Of a stretch of DNA of 64,000 nt, positions 56,239-64,000 are shown in pieces. Within the stretch, counting starts at the first letter, position 1. Every line of letters starts with the position of its first letter. The notes below the pieces were generated by a model, which was given only the letters and a program-made list of their open reading frames with translations, was not told the origin of the DNA and ran no database searches. The stretch is taken from contig JAGLCY010000030.1 in assembly GCA_023270185.1 (NCBI GenBank), positions 1,134-65,133 on the forward strand. The letters are read 5' to 3'. Source of the stretch: Candidatus Krumholzibacteriia bacterium. GTDB taxonomy: Bacteria > Krumholzibacteriota > Krumholzibacteriia > LZORAL124-64-63. A program made the position numbers and the translations under genes.

Positions 56239-57543
56239 TTATATCAACCGGTGTGTCTCCCCTATAGCCGCGGCCTTCTCCTCGGGAACCCCGGCCTCCG
56301 CCGCAAATTCCACCCAGCGCGACACCACCTCCCCCACTTCAGCAATGATATCCGCCCCTTTCTTGATGCTCATCTCCCGTCCAACGGTCAGCAAATCCTC
56401 CCGCGCGAACCCATCGCGTTTACCAGCCAGTGTCATCTGGTGACGATTGGTCCAATCACCGGCCGGGTTGTACGCGTAGGTCACATCGAAGGCCGGCGAC
56501 AGGCGCCACTCACCTTCGGTATCCATCAAAAACGCGATGTTCTTGGTGTGGTCGTCCTGGTTGCGAGCGATGATGTTGAACACCGTGCGCCGGAACTGCT
56601 GTTCGGCGTCGGGATAGGGCAAACGCAATTCACGCATGACCTGGAAGGCCTGCTCATAGGAGTGCGCGCCGGCAATGTTGAAATCGAAATGGGCCATCGC
56701 GCACAGGGACTGCATGTGCAACTTGCGATTGCCCCCGGGCCTGTCGAAACGGCGCGTCATGAAATGGGCGCGATCGCTTTCCTCAAGCAGGCGACAGGTC
56801 GTCATCTCGATGCCGCAGGCGGTGGCCATCAGGTAATAGGCGTATTCGATACGCCCGTAGCCGGCGGGTTCACCAAGTTGGCGATCGCGCACTCCGTCAA
56901 ACTTGAGGATCCAGTGGTCGAATCCCTCGGGGGCCTCCACCTGTCCGGAGCGCACTTCCTGTGTGGCGTCGTTCACCGCGATGACCGCCTTCGGTCGCCC
57001 GCCACCGGCCGAAGTGCCGACGCGGATGATGTCCAGCATCGCCTCCGACGCGTTGGCCTCCAGGTTGACGTTCAAGCCGGCCCGGTTGTCCAGCATGGTC
57101 CGGGCCAGCACCACCAGTTCGCCTACTTCCACGGGAACCGATTTGTCCAGGTCCCCGACCACCGCGGGCTCAAATTCCAACGCGCCCATGGCCCGTCGCC
57201 CCGTGTAGCAGAGTCGCTCCACCGGGCTGAAATTTTCGGCGGTGCGTCCCTGGCGGGCCAGCCAGGCGTCGATGATGCTGTTGCCGAACTGGTCGGGCAG
57301 CGCGTCGGCCAACAGGCCGGGCATCCCGCGAAATGTTTCGAAACCCAGACCCGGGAAGTTGAACCTCGCCTGCGCCCGTCGCGCCTGGACCCAGGGCATT
57401 TTCAACGGCGCGAGATCCAAACCCTCGTCCAGGAAATCGGGATCGAATTCGAAGGTGGCCAACCCGCGCTCGTCGTTCCAGGCCACCGCGCCGACCAATC
57501 GGTCCCACATTCGGACCAGGGCGGTGTCGACCTTTTCTACCAT
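56239..57543 (-). CDS. hipA: Type II toxin-antitoxin system HipA-family toxin (Ser/Thr kinase)
   Basis: HipA N-terminal and C-terminal kinase motifs (RVGTSAGGGRPKAV, IARNQDDHTKNIAFLMD, LSPAFDVTYAYNP). 7-bp overlap with the upstream hipB. Confidence 0.9.
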   Translation of the reverse strand: MVEKVDTALVRMWDRLVGAVAWNDERGLATFEFDPDFLDEGLDLAPLKMPWVQARRAQARFNFPGLGFETFRGMPGLLADALPDQFGNSIIDAWLARQGRTAENFSPVERLCYTGRRAMGALEFEPAVVGDLDKSVPVEVGELVVLARTMLDNRAGLNVNLEANASEAMLDIIRVGTSAGGGRPKAVIAVNDATQEVRSGQVEAPEGFDHWILKFDGVRDRQLGEPAGYGRIEYAYYLMATACGIEMTTCRLLEESDRAHFMTRRFDRPGGNRKLHMQSLCAMAHFDFNIAGAHSYEQAFQVMRELRLPYPDAEQQFRRTVFNIIARNQDDHTKNIAFLMDTEGEWRLSPAFDVTYAYNPAGDWTNRHQMTLAGKRDGFAREDLLTVGREMSIKKGADIIAEVGEVVSRWVEFAAEAGVPEEKAAAIGETHRLI

Positions 57544-57908
57544 TGGGGATCCTCCCGGTCAGGATCAGGATCGGAATCGGATTCCGGCCTCTTGCGCGAC
57601 GCCCGCTGACGCTGCCTGCCCTGAAGTTTGGCCAACTGCAAAGGACTGGGTCCAGCGTCGGGCAGGAAGTTTTCCAACTCCTCGAGCGCTTCGAGCACGC
57701 GCAGAATCCGGATCAGAGTCATCATGCTGCTCGATGCTCCCCGCTCGAACTCCCCCACGGTCATCCGGGTCAGGCCCGCCTGGTCGGCCACTTCCTGCTG
57801 GGTCAGGTTCCGGTTCAAACGTCGTCGTTTCAGTCGCCCGCCGATTTCCGTGAGGATGGCCTGGTCGCTCATGCCGTAGATCGTCACAATGATCCTTTCT
57901 TTATTCAT
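57537..57908 (-). CDS. hipB: HipB-like XRE-family HTH antitoxin/transcriptional regulator
   Basis: HTH_XRE (RLKRRRLNRNLTQQEVADQAGLTRMTVGEFERG) directly upstream of and overlapping hipA. The start may be the internal GTG/ATG (about 57887-57872). Confidence 0.75.
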   Translation of the reverse strand: MNKERIIVTIYGMSDQAILTEIGGRLKRRRLNRNLTQQEVADQAGLTRMTVGEFERGASSSMMTLIRILRVLEALEELENFLPDAGPSPLQLAKLQGRQRQRASRKRPESDSDPDPDREDPQW

Positions 57909-57910
57909 TG

Positions 57911-57978
57911 AAACTGAAAATGTCAGTTTATGATGTCTTTACCTGACATTATAACTCAATCTCTTTCTTGTCGACAAG
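57911..57978 (-). promoter_or_regulatory. hipBA promoter/operator region: inverted repeats AAACTGA-N5-TCAGTTT and ATGTCAG-N17-CTGACAT overlapping a TATAAT -10 (minus strand), plus 12-bp palindrome CTTGTCGACAAG at the -35 position
   Basis: IR1 57911-57929 and IR2 57920-57949. Minus-strand TATAAT at 57948-57953. Palindrome at 57967-57978. Consistent with HipB autorepression sites overlapping the promoter. Confidence 0.4.
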
Positions 57979-58198
57979 TGATTTTATGATCTATTTTATC
58001 ATCATTATCGGCAAATATTATCTTAAAGATAGTTTTATTTGGCGTTACACTCAGCTTAACCCACAGAAACCCCGCCATTGACCCGAGACCGTCATTTAGA
58101 CTACATTTCTCCCCATTAGACCTCCCGGTTGATGGACCCGTCAGAAGACATGGCGAGACTGAAGTTTTCGAGGATTTTTTCAAAGGACCAATCCTGAA

Positions 58199-59626
58199 AT
58201 GAAGAGATTCATATCCACCTCATGTTTGTTGCTCGGGGCCCTTTTTGTTGTTCCAGCGGGTGCCGGCGCGGAAGAACTCACCTTCGCCGAATCCTGGCAA
58301 ATGCTGCTGCAGAACAACGAAGGCCTGGCGGCTGAACGCGCCGGCGTGGAGCGAAGCGAATATTTGGTTCAGGCCAACAAGGGGCGGCGCCTTCCAACCC
58401 TGGACTTGACTGGTTCCTATATGCGGCTGGATGACCCGATCACAGTCGGACCAACCGACTTGTTGTCCAGCATGCCCGCCGGTGCGGAACTGGAGCAGCT
58501 GTTCACCAACATCGGCAACCTGTTGGGCATTCCCGCCGGAAGCGTGGACCAGGCCCTGACCAGCACCCTCCGGGATGACGATGTCTGGAATGCCAGCCTG
58601 CGCGCCTTGTGGCCCCTGTTCACCGGCGGCAAGATCAGTGCGGCAAACGACATCGCCGAGGCCCAACAGATGGAAGCCGAGTTTCACCTGAAAATGGAAG
58701 AGCAGGTCAAGTTCGAGGAATTGGCCAAATACTACTTCGGAGTGGTTCTGGCCGACCGTGTGCTGGAGACCCGGGTCGAGGTGCAGGACGGCTTGGCCGA
58801 GCATCTGGATCATGCCGTCAAAATGGAAGAGCAGGGGCAGGTGGCCCGGGTGGAACGCCTGCAAGCGGCCGCGTCGCACGACCAGGCACTGGTGGAACGC
58901 AGGAAGGCCGAGCGCGATTATGAGATCGCCTCCCTGGCCCTGACCCGGATTGTTCGTTCCGAATCTCCGGTCCATCCGGCCAGTGGTTTGTTCACCAACT
59001 CCAAGCTTCCTTCGGAACAGTCCTTCGTGGATTCCACCCTGGCCCAGTATCCGGGGCTGGGAATGCTCGACGCCAAAAGGCGGCAGGCCAACGGACTGAT
59101 CAAGGTCAATCAGGCGGACTACTATCCCGGAGTGTTTGTCTTCGGCAACTACACTTTTTACCAGGGTGACGATCTTGTCGGCAAGACCGCTCCCGACTGG
59201 ATGGTGGGTGTTGGAGTCAAAGTTCCCCTGATCAGTCCTTCGGGCCGCCGGGATCGGGTTGGCGCTGCCCGCAGCGCGGTGCTCCAGGTGGATCATCTGC
59301 GCGGCCAGGCTGAACATGATCTTCAACTCCTGGTGGAAAAGACCTACCGTGAAGCCCTTCAGGCTCTTGAGGAATACGAAGGTCTGGCCACCAGCCTGGA
59401 ACTGGCTGAAGAGAACGCGCGCCTGCGCAATATCGCCTTCAGTCAGGGGTTGTCCACCTCACTGGATGTCATCGACGGACAACTCTTTCTGGCCAGTATC
59501 AAAACCCAGCGATGGGTTGCCGCCTATCGTTATGTGCTCTCACTCGCCCGCTTACTGGCTATCAGCGGTGGCTCGGGCGACTTCGCTTCTTTCCAAAACT
59601 CCAACAGCAGCGGGATGGGATCATGA
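58199..59626 (+). CDS. TolC-family outer-membrane efflux protein
   Basis: Signal peptide and two OEP repeats. 475 aa. 4-bp overlap (ATGA) with the HlyD gene. Confidence 0.9.
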   Translation: MKRFISTSCLLLGALFVVPAGAGAEELTFAESWQMLLQNNEGLAAERAGVERSEYLVQANKGRRLPTLDLTGSYMRLDDPITVGPTDLLSSMPAGAELEQLFTNIGNLLGIPAGSVDQALTSTLRDDDVWNASLRALWPLFTGGKISAANDIAEAQQMEAEFHLKMEEQVKFEELAKYYFGVVLADRVLETRVEVQDGLAEHLDHAVKMEEQGQVARVERLQAAASHDQALVERRKAERDYEIASLALTRIVRSESPVHPASGLFTNSKLPSEQSFVDSTLAQYPGLGMLDAKRRQANGLIKVNQADYYPGVFVFGNYTFYQGDDLVGKTAPDWMVGVGVKVPLISPSGRRDRVGAARSAVLQVDHLRGQAEHDLQLLVEKTYREALQALEEYEGLATSLELAEENARLRNIAFSQGLSTSLDVIDGQLFLASIKTQRWVAAYRYVLSLARLLAISGGSGDFASFQNSNSSGMGS

Positions 59627-60597
59627 AGAACAGGAAACCGGTTTGGATCATCTTCGCGGTCGTGGTGGTTTCCTGGTTGGCGATTGGTTTTTTCAAAGCC
59701 TACAAACCAGTGGGCTACCGCCTGCAGGGACAGGTGGAAGCCCGTCAGTACAGTGTTTCATCCAAGGTACCGGGCCGGATCGGGGAGGTCCTGGTGCGCA
59801 AGGGTGACCAGGTGGAACCGGGGCAGCTCATCTTCACAATTTTCAGTCCCGAGTTGGATGCCAAGCTGGAACAGGCCCGCGCCGGCCGGGACGCGGCCGG
59901 AGCCATGTCCGACCAGGCCGAGAAGGGAGCCCGCAGTCAGGAGATCGCGGCGGCCAGGGACCAGTGGCAAAAAGCCGGCGCCGCCGCCGAGCTGATGGAA
60001 AAAACCTACCGTCGGATCAATAATCTTTTTGAAGAGGGTGTGATTTCCGAACAGAAACGGGACGAGGTCTACACCCAGTGGCAAGCCGCCAAATTCACCG
60101 AAAGCGCGGCCGAACAGCTTTACCTGATGGCCAAGGAAGGCGCTCGCGAAGAAACCAAACAAGCGGCCGCTGATCAGGTGCGCATGGCCGAAGGCGTGGT
60201 GAAGGAAGTGGAAGCCTTCGAGGCGGATACTCGCATCGAGAGTAGTTACCAGGGCGAGGTTGCCCAGGTACTGCTTCACGAAGGTGAGTTGGCGCCCACC
60301 GGTTTCCCTGTCGTGACGGTTGTGGATATGCAGGATGCCTGGATCGTGTTGAACATCCGGGAAGACCGGCTGCAGGACTTTAAAAAAGGTACCCGTTTCA
60401 AGGGAGTGATCCCCGCTCTCGGCGGCTCGACCCACGAATTCATCGTGGATCATATGGCCGTGATGGGCGACTTCGCCACCTGGCGCGCCACTGACACGGG
60501 TAAGGGATTCGATATGCGGACCTTTGAAATCGAGGCCCGTCCGGTCAAGGAGATCAAGGACCTGCGCGTGGGCATGAGCGTGCTGGTGGAAAACTAG
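59623..60597 (+). CDS. HlyD-family membrane-fusion (periplasmic adaptor) protein
   Basis: Start at MKNRKPVWIIFAVVVVSWLAIGFF (TM anchor), coiled-coil and beta-barrel MFP domains. Confidence 0.85.
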   Translation: MKNRKPVWIIFAVVVVSWLAIGFFKAYKPVGYRLQGQVEARQYSVSSKVPGRIGEVLVRKGDQVEPGQLIFTIFSPELDAKLEQARAGRDAAGAMSDQAEKGARSQEIAAARDQWQKAGAAAELMEKTYRRINNLFEEGVISEQKRDEVYTQWQAAKFTESAAEQLYLMAKEGAREETKQAAADQVRMAEGVVKEVEAFEADTRIESSYQGEVAQVLLHEGELAPTGFPVVTVVDMQDAWIVLNIREDRLQDFKKGTRFKGVIPALGGSTHEFIVDHMAVMGDFATWRATDTGKGFDMRTFEIEARPVKEIKDLRVGMSVLVEN

Positions 60598-60600
60598 AAA

Positions 60601-61785
60601 ATGAACGGGACCCTGAGACAAAGGTTGCGCCGGGAAATCCGGATTCTCCAGGAAGAACCCTGGCTGATGGCCATGGCCGTCTGGCTGCCCCCTTTGCTCT
60701 TTGTCATTTTCTGGTGGATTTTTTCCGTCGGCTCATCCTTCGACCTGGCCATCGGCGTTGTGGACCTGGATCGTTCCGACCTGAGTCGAACACTGATTCG
60801 CCAGTGTGACGCCAGCAGCGCCATGGCCGTCGAACAGCAATACGCCACAGTCCAGGAGGGACGGCGGGCCCTTGTCGGCAGTGAAATCTACGCCCTGATG
60901 GTTATCCCGGAGTACATGGAACGAGATGTCGTCCTCGGAATGTCACCCCGGCCAACGGTTTTTTATAACGGCCAGTACATCCTCATCGGCAAACAGATCA
61001 ACGGGGCCATGCTCAAAACCGTTGGCACCCTGTCGGCCCAGATCGGCGGCTTGAAGGCCCTGGCGACCGGCGCCGCCTTACCAGGAGTCGTGGGCCAGGT
61101 TGCCCCCATTCGCGGGCAAATCATTCCGCTGTTCAACCAGAACACAAATTACGCCGAATTCCTGGTGTCGGGAGCGATTCCGGCGATCTGGCAGATCCTG
61201 ATCGTGATGGTGACGGCGATCTCGCTGGCCGCCGAAAAACGCCATGGCGGCTTGTCGGGTTGGGTGGCGGGAAAACCTGCTCTGGCCCTGTTTTCCAAAC
61301 TCCTGCCCTACACCCTCATCCTATGGCTCCAGGGTGTGATCTTCCTGGTGGGAATGTATGGTTGGTTGGGTTGGCCCATGAACGGCAGCTGGGCGGCGCT
61401 GATCCTGGCTCAACTGCTGACCGTACTGGCCGGCCAGGCCATGGGGAGTGTGTTTTACCTGCTGGGCCGGGACGCGGCCCAGGCCCTCAGCCTGGCCGCG
61501 GTCTACACCGCGCCGAGTTTCGCTTTCATGGGAGTGACTTTTCCGGCCACGGACATGGGCTGGCCGGCGCTGGTCTGGCGGTCCCTGATTCCGGTGACCC
61601 ACTACATCAACGTACAAATCCAGGTTGCCAATTACGGTGTTGATCCCTGGCGGCTCTGGACATCTTTCGGCGCCTTGCTGCTGTTCATCGTACCCATGAT
61701 GCTGGCTCTGCGATTGGTGCAGCGGTTGGCTGTTGGTCCAGCGGTAGACAAAGTATCCCCGGCCGGCGGGGAGGTGCCCGCATGA
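60601..61785 (+). CDS. ABC-2 family transporter permease (YhhJ/YbhS-like)
   Basis: N-terminal TM, large periplasmic loop, then six C-terminal TM helices. 4-bp overlap with the next permease gene. Confidence 0.85.
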   Translation: MNGTLRQRLRREIRILQEEPWLMAMAVWLPPLLFVIFWWIFSVGSSFDLAIGVVDLDRSDLSRTLIRQCDASSAMAVEQQYATVQEGRRALVGSEIYALMVIPEYMERDVVLGMSPRPTVFYNGQYILIGKQINGAMLKTVGTLSAQIGGLKALATGAALPGVVGQVAPIRGQIIPLFNQNTNYAEFLVSGAIPAIWQILIVMVTAISLAAEKRHGGLSGWVAGKPALALFSKLLPYTLILWLQGVIFLVGMYGWLGWPMNGSWAALILAQLLTVLAGQAMGSVFYLLGRDAAQALSLAAVYTAPSFAFMGVTFPATDMGWPALVWRSLIPVTHYINVQIQVANYGVDPWRLWTSFGALLLFIVPMMLALRLVQRLAVGPAVDKVSPAGGEVPA

Positions 61786-63062
61786 CCTGGTGGGAAATCG
61801 TCAAAGCTGAATTCCTGGCCGTATTTTCCAGCCACGCCATCGTCCTGACGGTGTTTGGCGGCGTTGTGTTCTACTCGTTTCTCTATCCCTTGCCCTACAA
61901 TCACCAGACCCCACGCGAGCAGGCCGTCCTGGTGGTCAACCACGACGGCAGCACCCTGAGCCGCAAGCTCGAACGCATGGTCGACGCCACGCCCCAGGTA
62001 CGCATCATCGGACATGCCCATTCCGAGGACGAAGCGAGGGATCGTTTCCTGAAGGGGAAGGTCGCCGGGATACTGGTTATCCCTGAAGGTTTTCACCGGG
62101 ATCTGATGAAAGGCCGTTCACCGGTTCTGATCTACGCGGGGGACGCATCGTTTTTCCTGGTCTATGGGATGGTGATAGAAGGTTTGGCCACGGCGACCGG
62201 TACCCTGGGCGCGGAAATCAAGGTGGGGCGGATCCTGGCCACCGGTCAACCCATGTCCCTGGCCGTGAAACAACACACACCTCTGGGTGTGAACATGCGT
62301 CCGGTCTTCAACACCACCATGGGGTATGTCCACTATGTGGTGCCCGCCGTGTTCGTGCTTATCCTGCACCAGACCATGCTCATTGGTCTGGGACTGCTTG
62401 GAGGCGCCCAAAGGGAACAGACTCGCGAGGGCGTGGACGGATATTGGTTGCGGGTTCCTGCCGGGGTCTTGCTGACCGCTCGTCTGGCCCTGTTCTTTGC
62501 CTTTTATTTTGTATTGGCCATGTACTACTTCGGCTACTGTTTCTCCTGGTACGGGATCATTCATCTGGCCAAGGTGACGGATTTATTGGCTTTGATTACA
62601 CCCTTCCTGTTGGCGGTTGGATGCCTCGGAATTGTCATCGGACAGCTGATTCCCAGGCGTGAACTGGCCACCGCCATTGTCCTGTTGTCCAGCCTGCCGC
62701 TGGTGTTTTCGGCGGGTTTCATCTGGCCGGAATCGGCCTTGCCGGTGGCGCTGGACAAAGTGGTCCAGCTTGCGCCGAGTACACCCGGCATCAAAGCCTT
62801 CCTGCGGTTGAATCAGATGGGAGCCGACTTTTCCCAGATCAGGGGTTTGTGGCTGCAGTTGTGGCTTCAAGCGGTCGTTTATGGCGGGCTGGCTTGGTGG
62901 CTGTTGCGTCGCCGGCAGCTATTTTATCAACATCATCTTGTGGGTGGCGGCGAACCCCTCAGCCTCGATCCTATAGAAGTAGACCCCACTCGACACCGCG
63001 CGCCCCCTGTCGTCGGTCCCGTTCCAGGTGACGGTGTGGGACCCGAAGGGCATCACGCCTGA
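61782..63062 (+). CDS. ABC-2 family transporter permease (second paralog, YbhR-like)
   Basis: Same architecture as the preceding gene. The last 45 codons or so overlap the convergent T9SS gene, so the true 3' end is uncertain. Confidence 0.8.
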   Translation: MTWWEIVKAEFLAVFSSHAIVLTVFGGVVFYSFLYPLPYNHQTPREQAVLVVNHDGSTLSRKLERMVDATPQVRIIGHAHSEDEARDRFLKGKVAGILVIPEGFHRDLMKGRSPVLIYAGDASFFLVYGMVIEGLATATGTLGAEIKVGRILATGQPMSLAVKQHTPLGVNMRPVFNTTMGYVHYVVPAVFVLILHQTMLIGLGLLGGAQREQTREGVDGYWLRVPAGVLLTARLALFFAFYFVLAMYYFGYCFSWYGIIHLAKVTDLLALITPFLLAVGCLGIVIGQLIPRRELATAIVLLSSLPLVFSAGFIWPESALPVALDKVVQLAPSTPGIKAFLRLNQMGADFSQIRGLWLQLWLQAVVYGGLAWWLLRRRQLFYQHHLVGGGEPLSLDPIEVDPTRHRAPPVVGPVPGDGVGPEGHHA

Positions 63063-64000
63063 CACCAGGGTGCGGATTTGAATTCCCCGGACATCATAGA
63101 TTTTTAGCATCACCCTGCTGGATACCGGCAGATCGAAGGAGATCTTCGTGACCGGATTGAACGGATTGGGATAATTGTCCCCCAGGCTGAACCGGACCGG
63201 GACGCTGGTCAGGTCAGTTGTCTGCAGGTCGAAGGCGTCGCCACCGTCGATCGCCAGGCTCGAGCGTAATGTGCTGCCGGATTTTCCGTCTGAAGTGTTC
63301 ATCACGATCTCGAGCAAATGGTTTTCAAATTCCACCGGCGTGGACCCCGCGAAAGCGACCAGCAGTTTGTCGCCGGACGCCTTCCAGTGGAACAGGCCCG
63401 CTTCGGCCAGGTCCGAGGTGACGGTCTCGACCAGGTTTTCAATACCCGGCGCCGTTACCTCAAGCCACAGTGAGCGCGCCGAACCTCCTGAAATTTCCAG
63501 CGGCAAGGTCAGGGTGCCGTACTGGCCCTGGGCCTCACCCCAGGTGGCGGTTGTGTCTTCGATGAGATCCGTTTTTTCAGGGGCCGCTCCGATAATCAAT
63601 GCCGCGTCCCATGGGTCAAGCAAACCATCGCCCGACATATCGCCCCGAGCTGATTGAGTCGGTGAAAGTCTGGTGGCTCCCACGCAATCTTCGAGCACAA
63701 GCCGCGCGTCGGTCCGGTTCACGGTTCCATCACCATCGACATCACCTGTCGCGGCGACCGAAGACGAAGGAACCGCCGCTCCAAACCGCACAAAGAACAT
63801 CGGCCCCGGCCACAACACTTCCATGCCGTGTTCTTCCGTGGTGGCCGAAATCGTGAGCAGATTCGCCCCCTGGTTCAGGTCCGAAACCGACAGCGAGAAC
63901 TCGTCCAGGGAATAGTGGTGGATGGACCCGAAATTGGTCGCCTGCCACAGACCGTTGATGTCGATCCTGCCGGTGTCGTCACCGTTCCAGGTGCTGACCT
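62919..64000 (-). CDS. Secreted protein with dockerin-like EF-hand repeats and T9SS C-terminal sorting domain; 5' end beyond the window
   Basis: The frame is open from the window end (...VSTWNGDDTGRIDINGLWQATNF...) through GDVDGDGTVNRTDARLVLE / GDMSGDGLLDPWDAALIIGA (dockerin-type repeats) to GDNYPNPFNPVTKISFDLP...GVYFYRIEAEGFAATHKMMLIK. Confidence 0.6.
   Translation of the reverse strand, partial: VSTWNGDDTGRIDINGLWQATNFGSIHHYSLDEFSLSVSDLNQGANLLTISATTEEHGMEVLWPGPMFFVRFGAAVPSSSVAATGDVDGDGTVNRTDARLVLEDCVGATRLSPTQSARGDMSGDGLLDPWDAALIIGAAPEKTDLIEDTTATWGEAQGQYGTLTLPLEISGGSARSLWLEVTAPGIENLVETVTSDLAEAGLFHWKASGDKLLVAFAGSTPVEFENHLLEIVMNTSDGKSGSTLRSSLAIDGGDAFDLQTTDLTSVPVRFSLGDNYPNPFNPVTKISFDLPVSSRVMLKIYDVRGIQIRTLVSGVMPFGSHTVTWNGTDDRGRAVSSGVYFYRIEAEGFAATHKMMLIK

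Noticed and set aside
57909-58198. Whether the AT-rich flank marks hipBA as a recent horizontal acquisition (genomic islet).
   Set aside because: The hipA/hipB coding GC looks similar to neighbouring genes by eye. No direct repeats or integrase bound the region. The AT-rich stretch is adequately explained as promoter/operator DNA for hipBA and the TolC cluster.
1-64000. Search for tRNA, rRNA, tmRNA, SRP RNA, CRISPR repeats, transposases and integrases.
   Set aside because: No GGTTCGAATCC-type T-loop outside coding regions, no rRNA-like stretches, no regularly spaced direct repeats, and no transposase- or integrase-like ORFs were seen. The PcfJ-like gene is the only mobile-element-flavoured gene, and it is isolated.

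Overview
High-GC (about 60%) bacterial chromosomal window of about 50 genes, apparently from an uncultivated FCB-group-like lineage. Supporting signals: T9SS C-terminal sorting domains (NYPNPFNP motifs) on at least five secreted proteins, a Bacteroidetes-type hybrid two-component regulator with C-terminal AraC HTH, and acidic residues directly after lipoprotein cysteines. Unlike Bacteroidetes proper, genes carry clear Shine-Dalgarno sites and sigma70-like promoters. Content from start to end: partial secreted protein; hybrid sensor kinase/response regulator; methyltransferase; DUF4405 and DUF805 membrane proteins; four outer-membrane/lipoprotein genes; arylsulfatase with divergent AraC regulator; DEAD-box helicase; a ClpA/B-family AAA+ ATPase with a C-terminal GGQ-less release-factor-like module (the most unusual gene here) followed by an FmdE-like protein; a cluster of T9SS-secreted hydrolases (transglutaminase-like, caspase-like lipoprotein, M14 carboxypeptidase); MBL hydrolase; ApbE convergent on a complete Rnf operon headed by a Cys-rich protein and an octaheme cytochrome c and ending in an RnfB-GltD fusion; an epimerase with a long C-terminal extension; PD40 propeller T9SS protein; PcfJ-like protein; PlpD-like patatin-Omp85 (type Vd) protein; Moco genes mobB-moaA-MOSC-mobA-moeA; pyrC; a Big_2 lipoprotein; a hipBA toxin-antitoxin pair with operator palindromes; TolC-HlyD-2xABC-2 permease efflux cluster; and a partial dockerin plus T9SS gene at the window end. 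No rRNA, tRNA, CRISPR array or transposase was recognised. Many long antisense ORFs in the six-frame track are treated as high-GC artefacts.
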